A program made the translations under genes and the position numbers. A stretch of 64,000 nucleotides of DNA. Source: Dimorphilus gyrociliatus (lineage: Eukaryota > Animalia > Annelida). Below are positions 24,472 through 34,792 of the stretch, one piece after another; position 1 is the stretch's first letter, and each line of letters begins with the position of its first letter. The notes beneath the pieces were generated by a model, which did not search any database, was not told where the DNA came from, and was given only the letters and a program-made list of their open reading frames with translations. The stretch spans positions 1,426,001 to 1,490,000 of the forward strand of contig CAJFCJ010000003.1 of NCBI GenBank assembly GCA_904063045.1, in the 5' to 3' direction.

Positions 24472-26403
24472 TATATATTTATATTTATATGTAAGTATTA
24501 TTCTGGAATTTTTAGGAAATCTGCAAATATTTCAAGGAAGTGACCGCGCATGGTAATTTTTAACAGCTATCCAAATATGGCATGGTTTTGAATATTCATT
24601 TAACATTCCATTATAAAAATAAGGCTCGAATAAAATAGAAAATTAACAAAGGAAATCATGCGAAAAAAAGAATCAGAGAAAAGGGTAAATAAATAAACAG
24701 GGAACCGAACACCCACCAAATTAGGTTGTCTATTCTCCTTAGTAACACACGACGAATTATGTCTACGTGCCTCAGCTGAAGATTTTGCTTCTGGTTGAGG
24801 GTGATCATGAATTCCTTTTGCCTGGAAGAATATTGCTCCGTTCGATTGCCTCCAAAAGTGAGTTACCGGATAACCACAGTGTCCCCGGCATGCCATCAAT
24901 TCTAAACGACCATTACATCTTTGATTGGGGCATGCTTTATCTGTCATGGAGAAAAAATAACCTTAAATACTTTTATCTATTTATGATGGTAATGCCGTAA
25001 GTTTTCCGTTAAATTCGTATTAGAGGGAGGAAAGGAGGCCTGGGTAGGTTTTTTTTTGAATAAAGTAATCAATCAAAGTCCGAGTGGGCGTGGCTCATGC
25101 AATGGACCTATTTTAATCAATTATAGGCGAAGATCGCGCGAAATCGTTCGCGCCGTGCGTCAATTGAGTTTTCGCGTGTTTTCTATTCAATTTCCCAATT
25201 CTAAGGCGAGCTTCTTTTATTGCCTGAATGGAATGCGTTTCGAATTCTCTCCCCCCCTTCTCTCCTCCCCCCTTCTATTTCTTTCAATTTCTATTTTTAT
25301 AATAAAGTACACTCACTTATCTGCTTCTTTCTCGCCTTATCGCAAATAGCTGGCCTCATATGTACTTTTGTCTGATTTTCCAGTACACAACGTTGTGAAC
25401 AGACGAGAACTCCCAAGCAACTCTTTTTTAAAATATTCACATTGTGATTATTAGTGTTCCTCATCGCCCAACCAGATGAGTGTCGTCTTGCGTCCTCCAT
25501 ATCGGCAGGATATACGTAACGCGAATGTCCATTTGGCCATTCTTCAAACTGATCAAAATCGCTTACCTAAGGAAGAGAAAAAGTATAAAAAGATTGAAAT
25601 TTGTAAAAAAAAATTATAAAACTTGAAAATAGACTTAAATGAATAAAATCTTTAGAAATGAAGTTAAAAAAGATCACTATTTTTTTGATTGTGACACTTT
25701 TGTGCTATTTAACTAACGTTTTTTTCCTTTTTCAATTATAAACATACACAAAATTTATATTAGTTTCTCATACGATTTAGTGTAGAATTTCAATAAAAAT
25801 AAATGAAAGTAAACTATTTAGATCACCAACAGCGACTAAAGAGAGAAGGTCGGCGGCTCGTGACACCTGTTAAGCCACATGTTGAACTGTCGAAATTACA
25901 TCACGAGACGCTTCAAAGGCGACGTCGAGCACTTAATAGTATCGCGCTCTGTAGGCGTTGAAATCGCCACTTTCCAACATTTCGCAATCAAGTAAACAAC
26001 GGCATGACGTCCAACTAAACACTGGTCTCTTTAGTGAGATAAGTACAAATACATGTGCTCATAAAATAAAACATTAACTCATTAGAGCGTAAGTTATAAT
26101 GCGAAAGTATATGCGGTATATCTTTGTACATGCCGTTTTGCCTATGGGGCAAACGTAAGATGCAAGTAAGCTGACTTTTTGAGCAAACAAAAAACCTGCA
26201 GGTGTTTGCTTAAGTTTGTTTTATGAATAATAAGGAGAGAGAAATATGTGAAATAACTTGTTCATATATACAGTATATATATATATATATATATGTATAT
26301 TTACCGGAGGAAGAGTATTATCATTAACATCCCACTGATGCCGTCCATGCGATGGAGCGAAAGGGCTGGTACGCGGTTCGTGAAGTTCATCCGATAACGT
26401 CAT
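23462..26403 (-). CDS. gcm: Glial cells missing transcription factor, 4 coding exons (about 26403-26305, 25567-25314, about 24943-24717, 24172-23462)
   Basis: GCM domain WDVNDNTLP / [54 protein letters not shown] / [43 protein letters not shown], followed by a P/S/T-rich activation-type C-terminal exon. Confidence 0.97.
24304..24311 (-). promoter_or_regulatory. GCM binding site in the last gcm intron
   Basis: ACCCGCAT, a perfect consensus octamer. Confidence 0.6.
24427..24476. repeat. (TA)18 microsatellite inside a perfect 50-bp palindrome
   Basis: ATATACC-(TA)18-GGTATAT. Other (TA)n tracts occur near 14580, 17980, 20280, 23220, 26275 and 60716. Confidence 0.95.
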
Positions 26404-27364
26404 CTTTCAAAGTAGCGTTTACTACACTGGCGCCGTTACCTTTGTACATATAGACGGTAAAAATTTCCGATCGGAAATTACTGTTTAGCTCCGCCCACTT
26501 GTCGCTGATTGGTCTTTGAGAATTCTGTTAGTTGATTGGCTGAATTCCTTCTCGGACATCTTAGAATTTTAAGATAAGAAATGGATAGCTTAATATTTTT
26601 AAAGGTCGCGCGAACATAAGTAAATAAGTACAATATTGTTTGCTGGACGGGTCCCGCATATTAGGCCTTTTTATTAGGTCGCGAGTATCCCGGAAAATTA
26701 AAACCGATTTTTCTATCTGATAATAGTGAAAATGTCGACACATGTGGGTCGCGCGTGGACCACTCTTTAATTGGAAAGTCCACGACAATTAAATCGATGA
26801 CGTAATTATTAATTTACCCTTATTCGGCCGTTTCGCGGCGGATATATTTTTCGTATTATGTAATATAGGAGGCGAGCGGGTGTGTAGTTTTAACATAGGA
26901 TGCAGGATGTGCCTCTGAAGCCTTGTGAGCTTTGTGGGCATTGTTACGTTTGTTGTTTCATCTAAAGTTTATACGGTAATTCTCCGGTAATACAGCTGAC
27001 GCCGTCGCCGTTTATTTTCCCGATAATGATGAGTTTAAAATGTGTTACCGACTAATAAATAATTTTTGGATAAACAATTGTGTAGACTTCATAAAATATC
27101 ATCACTGAAATCAATTTCCTCTCTCTTTTTAAGAGGAACGAATGATTTCACTATTTGAAGTTTTCCTCTTAAAACAATTTTATTGAACAAAATGAATTTT
27201 CCGCAGAATATAATGAAATTTAAATTTACAGTTAGATGGTGCTCAATACTTACACAAATTCATACGAAATGCAAAAGTGTAGCTGTAATAAGTATAACCA
27301 GCTTGTATTTTAAAGTTTTAAAACTTTTCTCTCGACACGAATCTCTGAGCGTAGTAGACTACCT

Positions 27365-27416
27365 GGGCCATCTAGTGTTCAAAAATTGAAATTTTGTTTT
27401 AGACGCCACCTAGAGC
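27365..27416 (-). promoter_or_regulatory. Tandem CTCF-like motifs upstream of gcm
   Basis: Minus-strand AACACTAGATGGCCC (27365-27379) and GCTCTAGGTGGCGTC (27402-27416). Confidence 0.5.
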
Positions 27417-27624
27417 GTATGTACGTAGTTATACTTTTGAGTGAAGAAAGAAAACTTTTTAATTCTTTGAATTATGAATAATAGAAAATAAATAATTGTC
27501 CATGTACAGAAGATGTATTCTTTATAACACAAATAAATATAATGGAAAACCGAAAATGATTAAACAAGACTAATTGTAAATTCAGTTTCAAACTTGACCA
27601 CACGCATATTCAATAAGCTGCAGA

Positions 27625-27632
27625 ATGCGGGC
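27625..27632 (+). promoter_or_regulatory. GCM binding site upstream of gcm
   Basis: ATGCGGGC (GCCCGCAT), about 1.2 kb upstream of the gcm ATG. Confidence 0.55.
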
Positions 27633-29467
27633 TATTAAAATTATGAAGCGTAGGTGGATTTTATCTTATGTTCATTTTTGTCAACTCCTCTTTAGGCAAT
27701 AATTCTACCATCAGGTTACTTCTTTCGTTAGGGATGCTCCATTAACAAGCTTGAATAGTTTCCACCGCAATGTCATGAGATGAATATCTTCTAGCCAGCA
27801 CAAACTGCAAAACAAAAGCATATATTGTATTTCAAAACACTCTAATATACTTAAGAACTCATAAAAGGGTTTGACATATCTCGTTACATGACTTACGGTT
27901 ACGCCAATATTGTTAAAACGCTGAGCTTCAAATACAAAGTATTATATATCCGAAAATAAATGAAAATTTTTCCTCTTCAGAGATTTTTAGAGGTTAAAGT
28001 GAAGCAAAAGATTGTTTTTTTATCTCCCTAATTCGGATAGCATCATATTAAGATCTCGGATGGAGAAGACGTTTGATGTGATCTCATTTCTTTCCTAGTT
28101 TATAAATAGGTTTCAAACTTCCACAAAAATTTTCGACGCTTAATAGAAAGATTAAGATAATTTTAATCTTAACTTTCTTCTGTTGAGTGGTAGTCTTAAG
28201 ATCGTTTGTTGATGTTCGATGAAGAAATATATGTATAAGTGCGAATTATACATTGAAGAATAGTTGTAGGTAAAAAAAAGTTGGCTAAACAGTAAAATCA
28301 AAAAAATTATGGTATAATATACAAAAAAAGTTGAATATCCTTCGGTTTGAACCTTTGTTGAAATATGTAAATTTCGCTCTATTTTAAAATTCAGTGAGTA
28401 TTCCAATTTTGAAGATAGAATGGAAATTAGAGACTATTTGATCCGTAATATAGATGATTAAACAGGCTCGTCGAAAAATTAGAAATGATTGTTTTCGAAA
28501 TAACATTTTAGGTGATTTTAAGAAATTCGCTTTTTTACTATTTACAAACCAAAACAATCAAATATCATTTAATAAGTATACATTTTTTTAAACCAGATAT
28601 ACCTTCTAGAGCAGTTTTCGTCTGATAAGGACTGAATAGTTACCGTTTTTCGACCACTCTCCATTGTTCGGATCACCAATAAATTATTTCGTTGCTGGTA
28701 TCGAGATTTTATAGTAATTTTCTTTCGTTTAAAGTTATTAATGCTGTGACTGAAAGCCTTTGATTTTATCAATGAGTTTCCAAGAAGACTAAAGGGTGCT
28801 TAGCTTAATTAAAGTAATTCGAATTAAATAATTAATGCGTAAGCCTCTTTGAAACTCGATGTTTTTTATGTCGTTACGTACTGAAAAATGTTCAATAGAT
28901 CACAAGTTCATCGTAGTGTTGTGTAGAATGAAATGAATAAAATGTTTAAAATATTTCATTCATTTTATCCAGAATGTATGAGAAATATAATTGATACATT
29001 TCTAGATGGTGATCTTTGGTTCAAAACAAAAAAATTTTTTACCGGATCGATGTTCAGCTTTCTTCTCATTTTCAGGAGATTATGCAGAAACGAATGAATT
29101 CAATGGTTTATCAACCACTTGTCGGCTTAATCTAAGATACTTACGTAATGCATTTTTATATTATTTCCATTTCAAACCATTTGCCTCTTCAAAATTAAAT
29201 CATTTAAAGGAAGTTAAACTATATCCTTACCATCCTGAACGTTGAGAAAAAGTTGTTTCGTGCTGTGAATGTTAGGAAGCATTTCTAGCCGAGTCATCAA
29301 CTTACTGCTTAAAATTTCCAGGGCGATCATTAATTGTTAAATTCAAAATCCCAAATAGAAGGTGGATCCATCAACAGCTATTTTGTATTTATAAAATACT
29401 CTAAACGTTTTTTACGAAAATTTACAAAGAAAACTCAGCAAAGGCTGAAGAACAAAACATCTTGAGT

Positions 29468-31363
29468 CTAATGCTTCATTCCACGGGGACCTCTGAAACC
29501 TCTTCCTCTCTGACCTCGACCCCCTCGCGACATATCGCGATAGCCTCCCCTCGGAGGTGATGAGAAGTCCCGTGGTCCTCTAGGTGGAGGGGGAGGTCCT
29601 CTATCTCTCCTTGGTGGTGGTGGAGCATCTCTAAAATTCGGTGGATCATCTCTGAAGCGTTTTGGTAAAGGACCTCCCATATCCATTCTGTGTCTCTTGA
29701 CAGTTTCACGTCTATCATATGGTGAGCGACCTCTGGATGAAGACATGTCTACTCTTGGTCCTCGTGATCCTATAATATGAAATTTTTGCGTAGTTATATT
29801 AACCTAAGTCTGGTTGAAAGTTGGCATTGTTTTCATTGGCTGCGGGTAAATTTGACAAATGATTTCACAAACACATTATTCATGACTTCATAGAAACAAG
29901 ATTTTTCCTCTTAATCCTATGGAAATATCTTTTTAGAAAGATTTTTTATCACATTCCTGTTGTTTTCCCTGCTCTGATTGCTATTTTTTTGTTTTTTAGC
30001 AATGTTGCAGAATGATAATTATTCTCCTTGTCTCCGTTAAGAAAATTAAAATTCCTTAAATATTTTTCCGTAAAATTTTTCGAAACTCACTTATCAAAAC
30101 AGATATATTATCCATTAAGTGAAGACTTCGAATTTCAGAGTTCCATTGATCATCTGATTTGTTAGCGCATTTTTCTTCATATAGATTAGATTTATACTCA
30201 ACGTGCATAAATACCCCTTACATTTTTAGATATTCATAACTAATGGAGATAATATTTTGTCGATGTAATATCCAAAGTTCAATTTACTCTTTCTGTTGAT
30301 TGAAATCCTCAGTATTTCCGTCAAAATATCTGTTCACACCTTTGAAATTCTAACTTAATATTAAGAGTCTAACTCAATTATTTTTCATTAAAAATCTAGG
30401 TTTAGCGTTGTCTCCTGTCAGATTTGTTTCATCCAAACTATCCATTCATATAAACTCCAAAATATTTGAGGTTGACATTGACAAAAAAAAATAACAGACA
30501 CATGGAACTAAAAAATGTACTTACTACCCATAGAGTCTCCCATCTGCCTACTTCGTGAATATCCCATATCCCTGTGTGGATCCCTCATTTGACGGTCTGT
30601 TTTGAATGAAATATTTCACAAATATTACAAAATTAATGAAATACTTACCAAATCTATCATAATCTCCACTTCTTGGTGCCGGAGGTGGAGACATACGATC
30701 TAAAGTATTGAAATTTGAAAATGAGCCAATATTAAATAATTAAAAGTTTACCTCTTTCGATATAATAATCTCTAGAGTTATTTCGTGGTGGTCCAGGGAA
30801 GTGTCTGTCAAAGTTATCGTAACTTTTCGAATATTTAGGCGGAGAAGATAATCTTCGTCTATAATCGCCATTAGGGGACGGTGGTCCACCATATCTACTG
30901 GAGGGCATAACTATGCTGTGTAACTTCTGTTGGGGTGGAGGTGATCTTGGAGGTGAAGATGCATATCGCCCAAGTGGCATTCGGTCACGATCAACTGGTG
31001 GCATTCGACGTTCGAATCTGGGAGGGCTGAAACAAAATGCATTATTTGCAAAATAACTTCTTCAATAATTGAGACGTAAAATGAATAACTGTACCTAGAA
31101 CTTCTAACATTCTTGTGATCCATTGGGCTACGTCGAGGTGCACGACCTAAAAACAAGTATTTATTAATGATCAAAAATTTGGACTAAAAGTGTACCTCTA
31201 AAATTGCCACGTCCTCTAGGTCCATTCTCACCCCTACCATAAGAAGGCTTTTGGTATCTCGTGTCTCGGAATTCGTCTCTGAAATATTGCATATAAGAAC
31301 GTATGATTTTATAGTTCCATCGATTTACCTTCCTCCTCTAAATCCTCTTCCTCGTCCAGTCAT
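29468..31363 (-). CDS. Uncharacterised low-complexity RG/RS/Pro/Asp-rich protein, about 7 exons
   Basis: ATG at 31363 gives MTGRGRGFRGG. GT-AG exons continue through RRSPMDH, PPRFERRMPP..RRLSSPPKY and RGRSPYDRR..RGGRGQRGRGFRGPRGMKH*. No folded domain recognised. Confidence 0.75.
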
Positions 31364-31522
31364 TGCGAATTTTTAATTAAAAGCTTAAATTCTATAAATT
31401 TAAAAATTTATAGGTTTTGAAATATTTCTCTCTATCTATTTGATGAATTTTGTTGGAAGAAATCAATTCCACACGGCTTTAAACAAACAGGAAAATGGCG
31501 AATGTGGGTAAAATATTGACGA

Positions 31523-31532
31523 GTCACGTGAT
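31523..31532. promoter_or_regulatory. Extended E-box (USF/MiT-type) in a bidirectional promoter
   Basis: GTCACGTGAT between divergent ATGs at 31363 and 31593, with a YY1-like AAAATGGCG near 31492. Confidence 0.55.
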
Positions 31533-31592
31533 AGTTTTCTTTTTCGAAATTTGTCCAAGTCAATACAGTGTCCTGAATTGTAACCGCGCGTT

Positions 31593-32712
31593 ATGGATAA
31601 AGATTCCATTTTTATACCAGGTTGAAATCATTTCACTTTTTTTTATTATTTTGGCAAAACCTTATTTTCCTATATTTCGTATTTCTAGTAAATAACTGTA
31701 TACTGATGTTTAGAACTTTCAAAGGAAATTAAAGTATATTATCGCTCTTACAGGTGATATAATCTGCCCTGCAGATAACAATTATATATCAGGAAATGGA
31801 ACAGTTACTCGCAAGAACACCATATATGCTTCAATTGCTGGAAAATGCAACTTTCAAAAGATAGAAGATGGAAAAGTTAGTAAATTATTATACTATATTT
31901 ACTTCATAATCAATATACTTTATCAGACAGTCGTTGAAATTCGCTTAAAAAATTCTCATAATCAGAATATTGTGCCAACTATAGATTGTTTAGTTGCTGC
32001 AAGAGTAAGTAACGATAAGTCATTTAAATGTAACTAAATTAACCAGCACCAGACTGATACAATTTATTTTTTTTCGTAAAAAAAAGCATAATTAACTGTA
32101 TTTAATACGTTTTATATTTTCAAAAGAAATTGTAAATTTGCTAGCACTTAAGAATAATACTGAATCCCCTTACTTCAATCCCAATGTTAACAAACTTTGC
32201 GATTGGATCTGTTTAGTTTATGTTGGAGTAGACTTGTCAAATGAAGAATAATCTGACTATTTTCAGATAACGAATGTTAATCCTAGATTTTGCAAATGTG
32301 CTATTATCAGCGTCGATGATGTGCTTTTGCCCGAATCTTTTCGAGGGTTGATTAGGTAAGAAATCTTGTATTTCAATAATTTTATATAAAAATAGTATGA
32401 AAAATTAATGTCATCAGAAAAGAAGACGCCAGAGCGACTGAAAAAGATAAAGTTGAATTATATAAAAGCTTCCGACCGGGAGATATAATTTTAGCCAGGG
32501 TTTTATCTTTAGGTGATGCCCAAGCTTACCTATTGACAACGGCTGAAAATGAATTGGGCGTTGTATCAGCAACAAGCGAGAGTGGCGAAACCATGATTCC
32601 TATTAGTTGGTGTGAGATGCAATGTCCAAAAACTTTGGCAAAAGAGAATAGAAAAGTAGCGAGGGTTCATAAGGACTATATTATTAATTCACTTGTTACT
32701 GAAGCCGAGTAG
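31593..32712 (+). CDS. EXOSC1: Exosome complex component CSL4, 5 exons
   Basis: MDKDSIFIP|GDIIC..; ITNVNPRFCKC..FRGLIR|KEDARATEKDKVELYKSFRPGDIILARVLSLGDAQ..TAENELGVV..PISWCEMQCPKT..RKVARV. Confidence 0.96.
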
Positions 32713-33163
32713 AGCCTTTACAAAATCTGTAAAAAATAAGTTAAAGTTACTTTTTCTTCCTATGTTATTCTGTAAAAATTGTATAATGAAATAAAATCGT
32801 TATAATCGACAGTTGGAATTCAAAAAAAAACAAGAAAGGTTAATTACTAGAATATCTATTCTTAAAAACTGTAACGTAACACCCATTCTAGAGGAATTGT
32901 TAAGCTGCCGAAGGGCATGTTTTTAAATGTTGGTATTTCAGCTAATATTTTTATAATTTCGTAGTCTATTCTAAAGCTTCAATTTTTAAAGTAAACCTTT
33001 AAATAACGTAAATATTTATATTGACTTTCTTTGAAAGAAGCTAATTCGAATCTATCACTTATTGTATTAAACAGTTGATTAGCTTTCTTAGCAAACTATT
33101 TTGCATGAAAAGACCTCTCTATATTTATTCAAAAAGAAACTTTAGAGTTTGTCTGTGAAAGGA

Positions 33164-33664
33164 TTATAAATGTCGAGCTACAGTGTGAATAGAGTCGTTT
33201 TGAAGGGTTATTAATCTCTTACCTTCATATCTAACTTGGCCTTGTGAATCAGCTTCCGCTACTGCTAGCATTTCGTCTACTTCATGATCGGTCATTTTCT
33301 CTCCAAGGCTAAGCAACACGTGGCGTAATTCTTCAGTCGTTATAAAACCGTAACCTTCAGGATCGAAAAGTCTAAACGCGTCAATTAAAATGTCTTCATT
33401 TTCGTTGTCATCTATTTTCCTCGCCATTAATGCTATAAATTCGGGAAAGTCGATATTTCCATTTCCATCTGCGTCAATTTCGTCAATCATTTCCGACAAT
33501 TCTTGCTCCGAAGGAGCTAAACCAACTTTATGCATGAAAGATCCCAGTTCTTTCGACGTAATTTGACCGTTTCCATCCTTATCGAATAGATCAAAAGCTG
33601 CTCGATAGCCTTCAATTTCAGCTGGACTAAAGCTCTCGAAAGCCCGAACTTGCTCGTCGTTCAT
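33164..33664 (-). CDS. Calmodulin-like EF-hand protein with a degenerate C-lobe; 3' end uncertain
   Basis: ATG at 33664 (MNDEQ) with an in-frame TGA upstream. EF loops are DKDGNGQITSKE, DADGNGNIDFPE, DPEGYGFITTEE and EADSQGQVRYEG. Possible splice donor after YE. Confidence 0.88.
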   Translation of the reverse strand: MNDEQVRAFESFSPAEIEGYRAAFDLFDKDGNGQITSKELGSFMHKVGLAPSEQELSEMIDEIDADGNGNIDFPEFIALMARKIDDNENEDILIDAFRLFDPEGYGFITTEELRHVLLSLGEKMTDHEVDEMLAVAEADSQGQVRYEGKRLITLQNDSIHTVARHL

Positions 33665-33936
33665 CGCTTCAGTTCTTAACACAAGAAAACTTCCTTTTTT
33701 TCCTCACTGAAGTTTATATTGTGATATGCAGAGAGTTAATCCTATATACAAATAATATTTTGACAGTCTGTCAGTAAGTCATTATTAGACCGTTTGGTAC
33801 GAAAAATCCGTAAGCCTCCTTTCAATTGCACTTCTATTCAACAACTTTATTTTAAATGCAATTGTTAATACGTAAGGGGAAATAAAAAGTGAACTTTAAC
33901 GTAATTAATCACAGGTGGAGCTATTACTCTCTGTCT

Positions 33937-33951
33937 CCTATAGATGGCGTA
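33937..33951 (+). promoter_or_regulatory. CTCF-like motif in a divergent promoter
   Basis: CCTATAGATGGCGTA, about 60 bp upstream of the DUF4291 ATG. Confidence 0.45.
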
Positions 33952-34009
33952 TTAATACAAAATGGCCGAATATATTGAAACATTTTGATGTTTTATTGCA
34001 AATATCATT

Positions 34010-34696
34010 ATGGAACCAAGCAATTTACTCTGGGAGTATTATTTGGAGCAGGAAATGAATCGCTGGCCGACAGAAGGGAAGCATATTTTAGCGCAATACG
34101 ATAATAATTCTGTTATTGTTTATCAAGCCTATAAACCGTCTATCTCTGATTATGCTGTCAAAAATCAAGTATTCGGAGGGCCTGACTACAGTTTTAAGCG
34201 AATGTCTTGGGTGAAGACTAACTTCTTATGGATGATGTATCGTAGCGGCTGGGCTACTAAAAGTGACCAAGAAAGGATTTTAGCTATAAGAATTAGTCGG
34301 GCGGCTTTTGAGAATATTTTGTCAAACGCCTATACTGGACAAAAAGAAAAGGTAAAGATTTCACCGAAAGATATATGCTTTTATATGGCTAATATTAAGT
34401 TTCAAACCATTTAGGCTATGGAAACCAAGTCTAACATTCGACTTCAATGGGATCCTGATCATACTCCATCAGGTACAAAATTGAATAGACGAGCTATTCA
34501 ATTGGGTTTAAAGAATGAAGCATTAGAACAATTTGCAAAAAATGATATTATTTCTATAACTGATATTACAATGGAAGTTAGAAGGCAGCATCAGCTATGG
34601 CAGACGGGAGGCCTAGAGAGTCTTCAAACACCAATTGAAAGAGTTTATCCTGTACCTGAGCACATTAAACAGCAAATTGATATGAACAACGATTAA
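34010..34696 (+). CDS. DUF4291 family protein, 2 exons (intron about 34353-34415)
   Basis: ILAQYD..VIVYQAY..RMSWVKTNFLWMMYRSGWATK..QERILAIRI and IRLQWDPDH.PSG.KL.RRAIQLGL, joined at GAAAAG|gtaaag..ttag|GCT. Confidence 0.88.
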
Positions 34697-34792
34697 AGGA
34701 AACGCGATAACTTACAAAAATACCCTTTAGTATTATTTGCATTTTGTTACAAAAGTATTTTTTATTCAAAGAAAAAGAGACGAAACCTGTTT

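Noticed and set aside
27600-27810. Exon-like segment after ttttgcag on the minus strand upstream of gcm
   Set aside because: All frames are closed within about 35 codons. Could be UTR or lncRNA, but unsupported.
32005-32266. Longer EXOSC1 intron as a snoRNA or poison-exon host
   Set aside because: No properly spaced C/D boxes and no convincing exon boundaries.
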